Origin: Octopus sinensis
Lineage: Eukaryota
Length of the DNA: 64,000 bases
Reading direction: 5' to 3'
Assembly: GCF_006345805.1 (NCBI RefSeq)
Contig: NC_043017.1
Location: forward strand, 6,510,001 to 6,574,000
Below are positions 48,757-62,198 of this stretch, piece by piece. Position 1 is the stretch's first letter. The number at the start of each line of letters is the position of its first letter. The notes under the pieces are model-generated. The model had not been told where the DNA came from. It ran no database searches and worked only from the letters and a program-made list of their open reading frames with translations. The translations under genes were made by a program, and so were the position numbers.

Positions 48757-49166
48757 GTGGTGAGCTGGCAGAAATGTTAGCACACCGGATGAAATGCTTA
48801 GCGGTATTTCATCTGCTGTTACGTTCTGAGTTCAAATTCCACAGAGGTCAACTTTCCCTTTCATCCTTTCGGGGTCGGTATATTAAGTACCAGTTACACA
48901 CTGGGGTCGTTGTAATCGACTTAATCTGTCTGTCCTTGTTTGTCCTCTCTGTGTTTAGCCCCTTGTGGGTAGTCTAGAAATAGGTATTTCGTCTGCTGTT
49001 ATGTTCTGAGTTCAAATTCCGCTGAGGTTGACTTTGCCTTTCATCCTTTCGGGAGTCGATAAATTAAGTACCAGTTACGCACTGGGGTCGTTGTAATCGA
49101 CTTAATCCGTTTGTCTGTCTTTGTTTGTCCCCTCTGTGTTTAGCCCTTGTGGGTAGTAAAGAAATA
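48757..49166 (+). mobile_element. SINE family B tandem dimer
   Basis: Same junction at about 48982. A monomer lies at 48097-48302. Confidence 0.85.
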
Positions 49167-49311
49167 AGATTGTTGATCTTGCAAAAGACATGTTGAAACA
49201 GATATTGTCGTACTTGGGGATGGTCACGTTTTAGTAATTTTTTGCCAATTAAGAAAGTTACAACCAAACATAGTGTGTGTGCTTAATTGGCAAAAGATTG
49301 GGAAAATATGA

Positions 49312-49466
49312 CCGTGGCTGTGTGGTAAGTAGCTTGCTAACCAATCACATAGTTCCGGGTTCAGTCCCACTGCGTGGCACCTTGGGCAAGTGTCTTCTAC
49401 TATAGCCCCGGACCGACCAATGCCTTGTGAGTGGATTTGGTAGACAGAAACTGAAAGAAGCCTGTC

Positions 49467-49516
<50 letters not shown>

Positions 49517-49950
49517 AAATGGAAAGATGAATTATCTTGTTACGGATTATTCAAAAGTTTAACCGATACCTGGGTAGCAAAAATCACAGCAGAAAAATAT
49601 GGTATCCTTATTCAATCAGAATTTGGAAATTTGTGGCCTTTGAAACATGTGTAGAATGTAATAAAAGGAATTCTGTAGAATCTTCGTTCAGCTCCATTTC
49701 TTCCATTCACTAATTATATATATATATATGTATGTTTGTGTGTCTGTGTTTGTCCCCCTAGCATTTCTTGACAACCAATGCTGGTGTGTTTACTTCCCCG
49801 TCACCTAGCGGTTCAGCAAAAGAGACCGATAGAATAAGTACTGGGCTTACAAAGAATAAGTCCCGGGGTCGATTTGCTCGACTAAAGGCGGTGCTCCAGC
49901 ATGGCCGCAGTCAAATGACTGAAACAAGTAAAAGAGTAAAGAGTAAAAAG
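49312..49950 (+). mobile_element. SINE family A with about 200 bp extra sequence in the linker
   Basis: Head 49312-49468, (TA)n, unique insert, (TA)n, tail 49735-49950. Confidence 0.85.
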
Positions 49951-50019
49951 AGTATCCCTTAGTATAGCACCGAAAATGGATACATGGGCGAACGTATTCC
50001 TAGCTACATGATCATCGTT

Positions 50020-50312
50020 TTAGAGGCACTGGTAAATGACCGAGACCTTTGGTGGTGTACTGTGCTTGAGAAGAGTTGCCGAGCCAAGGGAAATTGTAGT
50101 CGGGGCTGTTGCTAGTGTCAGGTAAATGCCACCTCTGCCGGTGGCAGGTAAAAAAAAAGCACCCATTATACTCTTGGAGTGGTTGGCATTAGGAAGGACA
50201 TCTGGATGTAGAAAGCATGCCTCATCAGGTTGGAAGCTGGTGCAGCCCTCCAGCTGACCTGTTTTCGGTCAAACCTTCCTTAACCCATACCGGCATGGAA
50301 AGCAAACACTAA

Positions 50313-50350
<38 letters not shown>
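50020..50350 (+). mobile_element. RTE LINE 3' end
   Basis: EALVNDRDLWWCTVLEK-like end, then the shared UTR core and (gat)n tail. Confidence 0.7.
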
Positions 50351-50352
<2 letters not shown>

Positions 50353-50531
50353 CTAGGGTGGTGGTGGTGCTTGTGGTGATGATGATGACTAGGGTAGTGG
50401 TGATGATGACAAAGGTGGTGGTGGTGGTGGTGATGACAAGGGTGGTGGTGGTGGTGATGATGATGACAAGGGTGGTGGTGGTGATGATGACGACAATGGG
50501 GGTGGTGGTTATGATGATGAAATTGTTAGGT

Positions 50532-51115
50532 GCAGGCAATGCTGTGTGGTTAACAACCGTGTGATTTTGGGTTCAGTTCCACCGTGCGGCATCTTGGGCA
50601 AGTTTTCTTTCTACTATAACTCCGGGCTGACCAATGCCTTGCAAGTGAATTTGATAGACGGAAACTGTGTGGAAGCCTGTCTTTCTCTTTATGTGTGTGT
50701 GTGTGTGCCTGTGTCTGTGTCTGTTCGTTCCCCTTCTCTGAACCCTTCTTCTCCTTCCGCCCACTTCCTCCCTCTCTGCCCACTTCCTCCCCCTCCACCA
50801 ACTTCTTCCTTCCTCTGCTCACCTCTTCCCCTCTGCCCACTTCTTCCCCCTCTACCCCCCTCTTCCCCCCACCAGCTTCTTTCCCCTCTGCCCACTTCTG
50901 CACCCCTCCCCCCAAATATCATGTATCGGTTTGTTTCCATCCCCGTAACTTAATAGTTCAGCAAAAGAGAATGATACAATAAACATCAGACTTATAAAAA
51001 AAATAAATAAAGTCAATATAATAAATAATAAGTCAATTTGTTCAACTAAAAAAACCTTTTAGGGTGATGCCCCAGCATGGCCACATTCTAATGAATGAAA
51101 GAAGTAACAAATCAA
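50532..51115 (+). mobile_element. SINE family A, diverged, with CT-rich expansion in the linker
   Basis: Head 50532-50680, gcccacttc repeats, degenerate tail. Confidence 0.75.
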
Positions 51116-52017
51116 ATAGGCTAAAAAAATATCCAAACCAGATCACAAAAGGCAGACACAAATCTATGTTCTCGATGTTGTTTAACCCCAGGCAAATTCT
51201 GATCTAGTTCAGCCATGATCAAAGAGCATTACATTTGCAACTAAGCTTTGTTTTTTTTTTTATTATTATTATCCCCCCCCCTGTCCCCACCAACAGTGAC
51301 TAGGATCACATTATTGTGTCTTTATTTCTTTTTTTTTTTTGTTAAAGATCTTTGGAGATTGAAAGAGATTTAACTGCTATTTCTAATAGGTCAGATAACC
51401 GCACGGAGGCTGTCTCGCATTTGATTATAAGACTATGTAAAAAAACCTACGTTACAAAAAAAAAAACAAACAAAAAAAACACAGCACAGGAAAAGTTTAT
51501 ATAAAATCTACATGTAAAAGAGATGGGCGGGGATGATAAAAGCTAATACATTATATAAAAAAAAATATATATATATATACTTTTTATTTGGTTGTTTTAT
51601 TTTTTTTCTGTTGTAATGATAATACATGCATCCATGTGTGTGTGTGTATGTGTTTGTATATGTCTATATATATATATATATATATAACTGTATATATGTG
51701 TGTATATATATATATATATATAACTGTATATATGTGTGTGTATATGTATATATAATTATATATGTGTAAATATATAATTTATACATATATATGAATATTT
51801 AGTTATATATGCACGCGTGCACACACACATACCCCCCTGCACATAGTCATGCACATATCTACCTAAATCTGTGGGTGTGTGTGTGTGTGCGTGCGTGTAT
51901 ATATATGTATGCATATATAGATATACATAGATGTTTGTATGTACACACATAAAAGCACCTACAGATCTGCCTGTCTGATTCTGTGTGTGTGTATATATAT
52001 ATATATGCATATGTGTG

Positions 52018-52048
<31 letters not shown>

Positions 52049-52318
52049 GCATATATATATATATATGCATATGTGTATATATATATGCATATGTATATAT
52101 ATATATATGTGCATACATATATATATGCATATGTATATATATATATATATATATATGTGCATACATATATATATATGCATACATACATACATATATATTT
52201 ATGCATACACACACATATACATACATACATGTATACACAGGCAGGCATATATATGCATATTTACAAACTGATGCACCCAAGCATCTCTCTTTCTCTCTCT
52301 CTCTCTTCTCTCTCTCCT

Positions 52319-52363
<45 letters not shown>

Positions 52364-52527
52364 GCACAGAGACTGGGTGGTTTTTTTTTTCCTTTCCAAA
52401 AGAAATCTAATTTCCTCATCTTATCTTCAAAATACTTGTTCGGCATCATTTCACAGTATTACTAAGATTCTAATCTTCATTTTTTTCCCCTTCTTTTCCT
52501 CTTTTTATTTCTTTTTTTTTTCAAACA

Positions 52528-52574
<47 letters not shown>

Positions 52575-53334
52575 TCTCTCTTTCCATTTACCAAAATCTA
52601 ACTTAACTACGTACGAAGCTGCTGTACCATTTTAGTGGCAGAGTTACAGACTAAGAGAGGATGGAGTGGATGGGAGACGGTGCATGGAGAATGGTCTGCC
52701 TTGGTGCTTTCTGCGTATAGGCAATGTTGTCCAAGACTCTCCCATCTTCTAACCCTCATCTTTTACTTCTTTTGACTATGGCCATACTGGAGCACCATAT
52801 TTGTCTTCTTTCTTATTTTTCATCGGACAAATTGACCCCAAGACTTAGGGCTTTTTTTTTCTTTGTTTCCTGAGTTCGAGACCGGCACATATTCCATTAG
52901 ACTCTTTTTCTAAGCCATTAAATTTAATTTACAGGGATGGCAACAAACCAACATTTGTTGTCAGGTGGTAGCAAGCAGGATGTGTGTTTGTGTGTGTGTG
53001 TGTGTATGTGACAAGTACAGACACACAGACATGCATAAATATGTCATCATCACAGTCAGCATCATTGTTTAAGATGCTGGTATGGGTCGGATGGAGTTTA
53101 CTGAGGCAGATTTGTCTATGGTTGGATGCTTTTCCTGTCACCAGCCTTCAGCTGTTTCCACCAAACCAAGTAAGGGGCTATTTCCCCCCAGCAAAGACAT
53201 GGATTTCTCACAGGATTTTGAAAATGAATGGCATTCATTTAAGGTTATCACATAAAGTCAATACAAGGACATACACACACACATGCACTAACACATACAT
53301 ATACACACTTGCATACCCTCACACACACATACAC

Positions 53335-53376
<42 letters not shown>

Positions 53377-53392
53377 CTTTCCTCTCTCTCCT

Positions 53393-53427
53393 GTTTCTGA
53401 AGAAGAGCTTTGCTCGAAATGTAAAGC
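53393..53427 (+). ncRNA. Penelope-type minimal hammerhead ribozyme motif
   Basis: GTTT-CTGAAGA-A-GAGC-ttt-GCTC-GAA-ATGT-A-AAGC; stem III ATGT is one transition away from ACGT. Confidence 0.55.
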
Positions 53428-53549
53428 TACCCCTCTTTTCTTCCCTGAGCATCTGCTAATACTTTGCATATACCACGTATTCACGTTGTTGTTTTTTTTT
53501 CTTGTCCATTTTCTTCATTTTTGTGGATTAATTATGCATATATATATAT

Positions 53550-53715
53550 CATCATCATCATCATCATCGTTTAACGTCCGTTTTCCGCTCTAGCACGGGT
53601 TGGACGGTTCGACCGGAGTCTGCGAAGCCAAGAGGCTGCACCAGGCTCCAGTCTGATCTGGCAGTGTTTCTACAGCTGGATGCCCTTCCTAACGCCAACC
53701 ACTCCGCGAGTGTAG
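53550..53715 (-). mobile_element. RTE-type 3' end
   Basis: Reverse complement of the core and tail. Other minus-strand copies at about 27235-27430 and 57830-58130. Confidence 0.8.
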
Positions 53716-53848
53716 GAAAAATTTCGACTTGGCCAGTATGGTATATAGGGTATGAGAGGTATTGGTGTCAAGAAGACCCAGAAGGTGTTGGGTAACGCTT
53801 TATAAATGTTCTGAAAACTATTTGCAGCCTGGGATATTTTATCTGTCA

Positions 53849-53895
<47 letters not shown>

Positions 53896-54673
53896 TACAT
53901 ACACACATGCACACAAACACACACACACATATGTATATATATATATATAATATATATATATATATGTAATTATAAATCTTCTTTAGAATAGCATAGAAAG
54001 CATGGACGTGCTCAAGTCGAACCTAAGACACTAACCAAGTACAAGAGATACAAAGAAGAGGTTCAACTGAGGCAGACTACAACTGACTGGTTTGTACATA
54101 TACAGATTCAATATGATGGAGTTGTGTGAAACATATATTAATACATTCGGAATATAAAGATATAGAAATATAAAAATATAATGAATGTTAAAAATATGCA
54201 AGGACAAAAATATGTTAAAGATATGCAAGGACAAATAAATATATAGATATATAAAGACATAACAGAATATAGATAAAAATATAGATAAGAATAATGAAAT
54301 GTAGAAAGATATTTCTTTTAAGAATTCAAAATAAATTATGGAATGGAGGAGGTAACAGATGTTTGAAAAGAGTTTTTGGTACCATATTTAAAGGAAATGA
54401 AGTATTCTGACGACCGTTTCTAGAGTTCATTCAATGAGTACATGGGTGTCTTACGATTCACTTCCAAGGAATGCCCCCATCGTTAGGGAAAAAAAAGAAT
54501 AATGTTTGTGCTAGAAATGTATTAAATGTTTTTTTACGATGTACTTGCATAGCAAGCGACCTGATCGGGGATTATGTGCTGGAACGAAAACAATTGCAGC
54601 GTGGAAGGTGTTTATAAGCCATTTAAGAAACACACAAAGCTGTTAGATTCACTTCAACATTTAAGTTTAATTT

Positions 54674-54718
54674 GTCAAAATATTTTCGTCGCTTTGAGAC
54701 CGCAACCTGTTCACTGAC
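54674..54718 (-). ncRNA. Hammerhead-like motif, G3:C8 family, left arm of foldback element
   Basis: GTCA-GTGAACA-G-GTTGC-ggtctcaaa-GCGAC-GAA-AATATT-T-TGAC; one G-U pair in stem II. Confidence 0.55.
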
Positions 54719-54729
54719 AAAACTTCGTG

Positions 54730-54774
54730 GTCAGTGAATAGGTCGCGGTCTCAAAGCGACGAAAATATTTTGAC
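54730..54774 (+). ncRNA. Hammerhead-like motif, G3:C8 family (here G3:U8), right arm of foldback element
   Basis: GTCA-GTGAATA-G-GTCGC-ggtctcaaa-GCGAC-GAA-AATATT-T-TGAC. Confidence 0.5.
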
Positions 54775-55510
54775 AAATTAAATTTAAATGTTGAAGTGAA
54801 TCGAACGGCTTTTGTATTAAATGGTTTAGCAAGTATTAGTTAATTTATGTTTTATATAAGTCATATGAATTATGGAAATTATTAAGAGGGCTGGTGAGAG
54901 TTTTTTTAGTTTTTTAAATTATAACTAAGTGGCAGTATATTGTACTTTAGAAAATGTTACTATGCAGGTTCAAATTTTAAATTTACTCTTGAAAGTTGAA
55001 TAATATCTAGGGGTACATAAATGAATAGCTTAAGAAAATTTATTAAAAATACGAAGGATTATATACAATTCATTTATACAGAGTCAACATCTGCCAGTAA
55101 TGGTATTGTATGGTGGGGCCTCATCAATGATTGACCACGACAATGCATAATTTATGTTTTGTAATTTCAAATTGTGTACATAGCTCTTTTCAAACATCTG
55201 TTACTCCCTCCATTCCATAATTTATTTTGAATTCTTAAAAGAAATGTCTTTCTATATTTCATTATTCTTATCTATATTCTTATCTATATTCTGTTATGTC
55301 TTTATATATCTGTATATTTATTTGTCCATGCATATTTTTAACATTCATATATTTTTTATATTTCTATATCTTTATATTCCGAATGTATTAATATATGTTT
55401 CAGACAACTCTATCATATTAAATCTCTATATGTACAAACCAGTCGTAGTCTGCCTGAGTTGAACCTCTTCTCTGTATCTCTTGTACCACATATGTATATA
55501 TATACATATA

Positions 55511-55558
<48 letters not shown>

Positions 55559-55565
55559 TATATAT

Positions 55566-56022
55566 GGCCTCACTGAGGCAATGACTAGTGACCAGGACCT
55601 TTGGAAATATGCTGTGTTTGAGAAGACCCTGCAAGCCAAGTGAGACCACAACCTCGTGGCCTATGCCAGAGTTGTAACCTGCCCACTTATGCGTACCTTT
55701 CTGTCATTGGACACTAAACTCTGCTTGTGCAGACCTGTTGTGGCAAGTGAAATCGAAATCAAATTCGATGACTGGCATCCGTGCTAGTGGAGCGCTAAGA
55801 GCTCCATCCGAGCGTGATCGTTGCCAGAGCAACAAACTAGCTTCCATGCCAGTGGCATATAAAAGGTACCATTCGAGTGTGATCGTTACCAGCATCGCCT
55901 TACTGGCACTTGTGCCAGTGACACGTTGAATAAAGATTCGAGTGAGGTCGTTGCCAGTGCCGCTGGACTGGCTCCTGTGCAGGTGGCACATAAAAAACAC
56001 CATTCGAGCGTGGCCATTGCCC
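55566..56022 (+). mobile_element. RTE LINE 3' region (ORF2 end GLTEAMTSDQDLWKYAVFEKTLQAK* plus UTR repeats)
   Basis: Translation as stated; UTR modules gtgccagtggca...aaaa..cacc. Confidence 0.8.
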
Positions 56023-56402
56023 ATACCACTTTTTTCCGCCTAGGGTTTATATGCCCTAGTATTGGACTTTTTTCTTTAGTGAATGCACTGTGATTGCTTA
56101 TAAGCTTAATGCTTATAAAATACCATTATTATTTACAGAGGAGGCGGTGAGTTCAGTGACTGATTGAAGTAAAAGATGAAAGATACATTCATTCATTTAT
56201 TGAAATGTGATTTTATGAATAGTTATATATAAAAAATCAGTCGACTTTGTCAATCAATGCTTGTCAATAATCAGTCAATAACGCTCTTTTGATAAAATAG
56301 CATATTTTATGTTTTTCTTTCACAAGGAAACCATTGACAAAAGTGACTAACATGAAACTTCGAAGTCACTATCAGCCTTTGCCTTTTAAAAGTAATGTAT
56401 TT

Positions 56403-56469
<67 letters not shown>

Positions 56470-56586
56470 AGAGAGAGAGACTGTAGCGCAATATTTTAGA
56501 GGGTAACTTTAGGTATACCTAGAATTATTCTTTAAGATTTTACATATTTTTTGCGTAGAATTATTAAAATTTGGTTTCAAATTTAT

Positions 56587-56968
56587 AGGTGTAGGAGTGG
56601 CTGTGTGGTAAGTAGCTTGTTTATGAACCACATAGTTCCGGGTTCAGTCCCACTGCGTGGAACCTTGGGCAAGTGTCTTCTACTATAGCCTTGGGTCGAC
56701 CTTGTGAGTGGATATGGTAGACGGAAACTATATATATATGTGTGTGTGGTGTGTGTGTGTATATGTTTGTGTGTCTGTTTGTCCCTCCAACATCGCTTGA
56801 CAACCAATGCTGGTGTGTTTATGTCACCGTAACTTAGTGGTTCAGCAAAAGAGACCGATAGAATAAATACTAGGCTTATAAAGAATAAGTCCTGGGGTCA
56901 ATTTACTCGATTAAAGGTGGTGCTCCAGCATGGCCACAGTCAAATGACTGAAACAAGTAAAAGAGTAT
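56587..56968 (+). mobile_element. SINE family A, full length
   Basis: Head, linker and tail. Confidence 0.88.
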
Positions 56969-57779
56969 GCAAGACCAACAACTTCAGGTGAGGAGATAAA
57001 TCGATTACATCAACCCCAGTAGTAAACTGGTACCTGGTACCTATTTCATCAACCCTGGAAAGATGAGAGAGAAAGTCAACTTCAGTGGAATTTGAACTCC
57101 TAACTTAATGATTGACTGACGAAAATGCCACAAAGCTTTTCATCAGGTGTGCTAACGATTCTGCTTGTCTCACTGCCTTAGTTACTGACACACATATTCA
57201 CATCCAAAAGCCATTCTATTGTGTTTGTTAATCTGGATACAGTGGTTGTGTTTAATAAAAGCTTGGCAGGGTGAGTGGAATGATGTTGCTTGCTTGGTAT
57301 GAGATGAATGTTATGGTTTTGGCATAAGGAGTGGTTTATTAGGTTATTGAAGAGTAACACCCATTTATATTGAGCAGGTTGTATTAATAGTTTGTATTTT
57401 GCTTATTTGGTTTGGCCTCCAACCAGTCATTAATTTTTATGAGCCTTTGTGTACCCATGTGTATGTGTGTGTGTTTGTATTCATAATTGTGTACCATGTT
57501 CTCCCTTTTTTTGTCTTTGTTGCTGTACACATTCACTAGCTTTCTTACAAAGGGGTCCAATACTCTTAGCTTAGACGTTTTTAGGGGACAACCAGATTGA
57601 ACCATCTCAACTGTAATTGCCCGAAAAGGTTGTGATTTCTGGTACTTGACTGAGGACAGAGGTCACAAATGACATGTCCTTTTTTGCCTGTCCTTCTAAT
57701 TGTTGTTTCTCTTGTCCACCTTTGTAATGTTCATCTATCCGTCCGAATGTTTTATTGTACTCTATTGCGTTTTTATTCC

Positions 57780-57819
<40 letters not shown>

Positions 57820-58155
57820 TCATCACCATCATCATCATCATCATTTAACGTTTGCTTTCCATACTGGCATCAGTTGGACGATTTGACTGGGGACTGGTAA
57901 GCCAGGAGGCTGCACCAGGCTCCAATCTGATCTGGCAAGGTTTCTACAGCTGGATGCCCTTCCTAGTGCCAACCACTCGAAGAGTGCAGTGGGTGCTTTT
58001 TATATGCCACCAGCACGGGGGCCAATCAGGTAGCACTAGCATCGACCATGCTTGAGTGGTACTTTTTATATGCCAGCAGCATGGCTGCCAGTCAGGCGGC
58101 ACTAGCATCGACCACGCTCAAACGGTACTTCTTGCATGCAATACATATATATATA

Positions 58156-58520
58156 TGGCTGTGTGGTAAGAAGTTTGCTTCCTAACCATATGATTGTGGG
58201 TTCAGTCCCAGTGCATGGCACCTAGAGCAAGTGTCTTCTACTGCAACCTCAGACCGACCAAAGCCTTGTGAGTGGATTTGGTAGATGGAAACTGAAAGAA
58301 ATCTGTGTGTGTGTGTGTTGTTGTATCCTTCTTTGTCAGCCACCACCAGTGCTGGTATGTTTACATCCCCATAACTTAGCGATTCAGCAAAAATGACTGG
58401 TAGAATAAGTGCCAGGTTTTTTAAAAAAAAAGTACTGGTGTCAATTCATTCAATTAAAATTCTACAAGGCAGTGCCCCAGCATGGCCACATTCTAATGAC
58501 TCAAGCAAGTAAAAGACAAG
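58156..58520 (+). mobile_element. SINE family A, diverged
   Basis: Head, linker and tail. Confidence 0.8.
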
Positions 58521-59965
58521 ATATATATATATGTGCTTGTGGTTTTGTGTATTTGTGCGCGCGTGTGTGCTTAGAGCTGAAGACATCAGAGTGTCTGTTT
58601 GTCCAATTGACCTTTTACTATGACCCTAGGGGATATTGCTCATGATCCAGTCTGCAGCCAACTTCCTACCTCAAGAACAATCCACCACCACCACCATTGT
58701 CATCATCATCATCTTCATTATCACTACCATTATCAACAATTGTATTACCTTCTCCATCATCGTCATCATCATTGTTATCGTTTTCATCCTCATCATCATC
58801 AACATCACAGTACCATTTCATTGTAACCATCACCACCACCACCACCACCATAACTCATTTTCGACACACTTGTCTTTCTTATCTTCTTTACCATCACTGA
58901 CTCCATCATTGCCATCATCATCATCATCATCATCATGTCTATCACTCTTATTACTATCATCACCATCAACATCACCCCACCACCACCACCATCACCACTA
59001 TTGCTCCCACCATCACCATCACACTCACCATCCCCCTTACCATCATCTCTATCACTCTTATTAGTATCCTCAGCATCACCACCACCAACACCACCACCAC
59101 CATCATCACCACCACCAACACCACCACCACCACCATCGCTACCACTGCCATTGTTATAGCGACCATTTATTCCATCCTTTACGAATGGTTTAACAATGTA
59201 TGGCTGACAAATCATGCTATGTCTATGTGTATGTGTAAGTATGTGTGTGTGCGTTTGTGCATGTGTATGCAAATGTGTGTGCATGTATGTGCACAGGTTT
59301 TTGTGTGCTTATGTATGTGTGTGTGCATGTATGTACACGTTTTTCTGTGTATACACACGTATGCGTGTGCGTGCATGTATGCATATATATATGCATTTTT
59401 CTGTGTATACACACATGGGTGTGTGTATGAATGTGTGTGCATGTATGTGCACAGTTTTCTGCGTGTGTGCATGTATGTACACATTTTTCTGTGTATACAC
59501 ACGTGTGTGTGTATGTGCATGCATGTGTATGAATGTATGTGCACAGTTTTCTCTGTGTGTGTGTGTACATGTATGTTCACATTTTTCTGTGTATACAGTC
59601 GTGTGTGTGTGTGTTTCCTCATTTTGATACCTTGTGACTGTTGTAAACGAGAGTCACTGTCCTACAAGCAGTGTCATTCATATGCTCACACATTCCCAGG
59701 ATTCTGAGAGAACATGTCCAGTTATGGAGAAATATGGACTTTGCTTTGGAACAGGCGAGAGTTGGCAACAGGAAGGGCATCCAGCCGTTGGAAATCTCTT
59801 TCAACAAATTCTCTCTGATCCATGCCAGCATGGAAAAGTGGATGTTAAATGATGATGATGTGTATGTGTATATATATATAAATTTACTTCTAATATATGG
59901 ATAAAATTTTTCTAGCATATTAAAACACCTTTCAAGGTGAAAATATAAACCATTATAAATAAGCA

Positions 59966-60337
59966 TGCGCAGGTTTGGCTGTGTGGTAAGTAGCTTGCTT
60001 ACCAACCATATGGTTCTGGGTTCAGTCCCACTGCATGGCACCTTGGGCAAGTGTCTTCTACCATAGCCTCGGACCAGCCAAAGCCATGTGAGTGGATTTG
60101 GTAGTCGGAATATGTATGTGTGTGTATATGTTTGTGTGTCTGTGTTTGTCCCCACAACATCGCTTGACAACCGATGCTGGTGTGTTTACGTCCCCCCGTA
60201 ACTTAGCAGTTTGGCAAAAGAGACCGATAGAATAAGTACTAGGCTTACAACGAATAAGTCCTGGGATCGATTTGCTCGACTAAAGGCGGTGCTCCAGCAT
60301 GGCCGCAGTCAAATGACTGAAACAAGTAAAAGAGTAA
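59966..60337 (+). mobile_element. SINE family A, full length
   Basis: Head, linker and tail. Confidence 0.88.
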
Positions 60338-60439
60338 GGGCTGTGTATTTATATTTTTCTGCATATTGCCTGAGAAAATTTTTTCTTTTGCCCTTAATTA
60401 TAATTTTATATATATCATCATCATCATCATATATATATC

Positions 60440-60744
60440 AAGCCATTTAAAAACACAAAAACCAATTAGATTCACTTCAACATTTAAATTTGATTTGCCA
60501 AAATACTTTTGGCGCTTTGAGACCACGATGTGATCACTAACAAAATTCTGTGCTGCATCTCAGTCAGTGAACAGGTCATGGTCTCAAAGCGCCAAAAATA
60601 TTTTGGCAAATTAAATTTAAATGTTGAAGTGAATCTAACGGTTTTTGTGTGTTTCTTAAATGGCTTATAAACACGCTACAATTGTTTTTGTTTCAGCACA
60701 CAATCTCAGATCAGGTCACTTGCTATGCAAGTACATCACCGTAA
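60440..60744. mobile_element. Foldback element, copy 3 (older; hammerhead GAAA lost in both arms)
   Basis: About 100-bp inverted arms around ~60550; right terminus gcaagtacatcaccgtaa. Confidence 0.7.
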
Positions 60745-60765
60745 TATATATATATGTATATACGA

Positions 60766-61072
60766 GGCGCAATGGCCTAGTGGTTAGGGCAGCGGACTCG
60801 CGGTTGTAGGATCGCGGTTTCGATTCTCAGACCAGGCGTTGTGAGTGTTTATTGAGCGAAAACACCTAAAAGGTCCATGAGGCTCCAGCAGGGGCTGGTG
60901 GTGATCCCTGCTGTACTCTTTCGCCACAACTTTCTCTCACTCTTTCTTCAGTTGGCCTGCTCGCTTAGCCAGCAGGGTGGCGTCATTTGAAGGCTAAAAC
61001 AATGTAAAGCGCATTGTGACCAGCGATGTGTAGCAACATCTGATAGCCTGGTCGGTCATGGTGATCACGGTG
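60766..61072 (+). mobile_element. tRNA-derived SINE sharing its head with 29305 but with a different tail
   Basis: ggcgcaatggcctagtggttagggcagcggactcgcgg...gagcgaaaacacctaa; tail attgtgaccagcgatgtgtagcaacatctgatagcc. Confidence 0.7.
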
Positions 61073-61191
61073 ACATATGTATATACATTTACTAGAGTTA
61101 AGGAACGGGGCAGATGGGATCCAGGCTAAATGTTTCATAGTGAGTGGAACCTTGGAAGTGGTAAATATCCAAGGGAAATGTGTACCACAGG

Positions 61192-61620
61192 CTATTCATT
61201 CTTTCCAAGTGAGGAAAGTTCCCCATTGTCAACATCCGATGGCCGACCACTACGCTTATCATATTCAAGACTCTCATCACTGCTATGGAATTTCTTGAAC
61301 CACTGTTGTGCTGTACGTTCATTAGTGGTTCCTGGGCCAAACGTGTCATTGATACCGCGAGCAGTTTCAGCCACTTTTTGGCCTAGCTTCAACTGGAATA
61401 AGAAAATTGTGCGAATTTGCTTTTTGTCCATGTTGTATTCAATGTTCTGGAAAAAATGGCGTAATTATTCAAAAAAGAAAAAGAGTAACATGATTAGATA
61501 GAGCGAAAAATGGGCTTTAAAATGATATATAAATTATTCAAAGTAATTTAACGAAAATTAATTTGAAAATACATCATCTAAAACCAAAATGAAAAATTCC
61601 GCAAGAACTTTCTTGACAAC

Positions 61621-61625
<5 letters not shown>
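61192..61625 (-). pseudogene. Hsmar1-like mariner 5' fragment (TIR plus N-terminal HTH)
   Basis: Minus-strand terminus tattaggttgtcaagaaagttcttgcgg; ORF MDKKQIRTIFLFQLKLGQKVAETARGINDTFGPGTTNERTAQQWFKKF...RSGRPSDVDN. Confidence 0.9.
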
Positions 61626-61658
<33 letters not shown>

Positions 61659-61732
61659 AGTATATATGTGTATATATATATATGTGTAATATATATATAT
61701 ATATATATATAAAGTATATATGTGTATATATA

Positions 61733-61764
<32 letters not shown>

Positions 61765-61929
61765 GTATATATGTGTATATATATATGTGTATATATATAT
61801 GTGTATATTATATATATATATATATATATAGTATATATATAATATATATATATAATTATATATATATGTATATATAGATATGTACACATAAATATGTATG
61901 TGTGTGACATATACATTTATGAATATACA

Positions 61930-61979
<50 letters not shown>

Positions 61980-62104
61980 AGTGTCTATTTGTATGTTTAT
62001 GCATGTGTGTATATATATAGATATACACACGCATAGATAGATGTATGTATATATATATAGATAGATATTTGTATATATATGTATATATATATTATATATA
62101 TATA

Positions 62105-62147
<43 letters not shown>

Positions 62148-62167
62148 GTGTATGGTATATTTATATT

Positions 62168-62198
<31 letters not shown>

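Larger units (their letters stand above)
54534..54815. mobile_element. Foldback element, copy 2
   Basis: About 80-bp near-perfect inverted arms around ~54724; left terminus ttacgatgtacttgcatagcaag. Confidence 0.7.
54039..55486. repeat. Long inverted repeat: arms 54039-54372 and 55184-55486, 811-bp spacer
   Basis: gtacaagagatacaaagaagaggttcaact...gtttgaaaagag is mirrored by ctcttttcaaac...agttgaacctcttctctgtatctcttgtac. Confidence 0.85.

Noticed and set aside
61098-61191. Protein-like tail LWYTFPLDIYHFQGSTHYETFSLDPICPVP next to the mariner fragment
   Set aside because: Unassignable, and not connected to any other exon.
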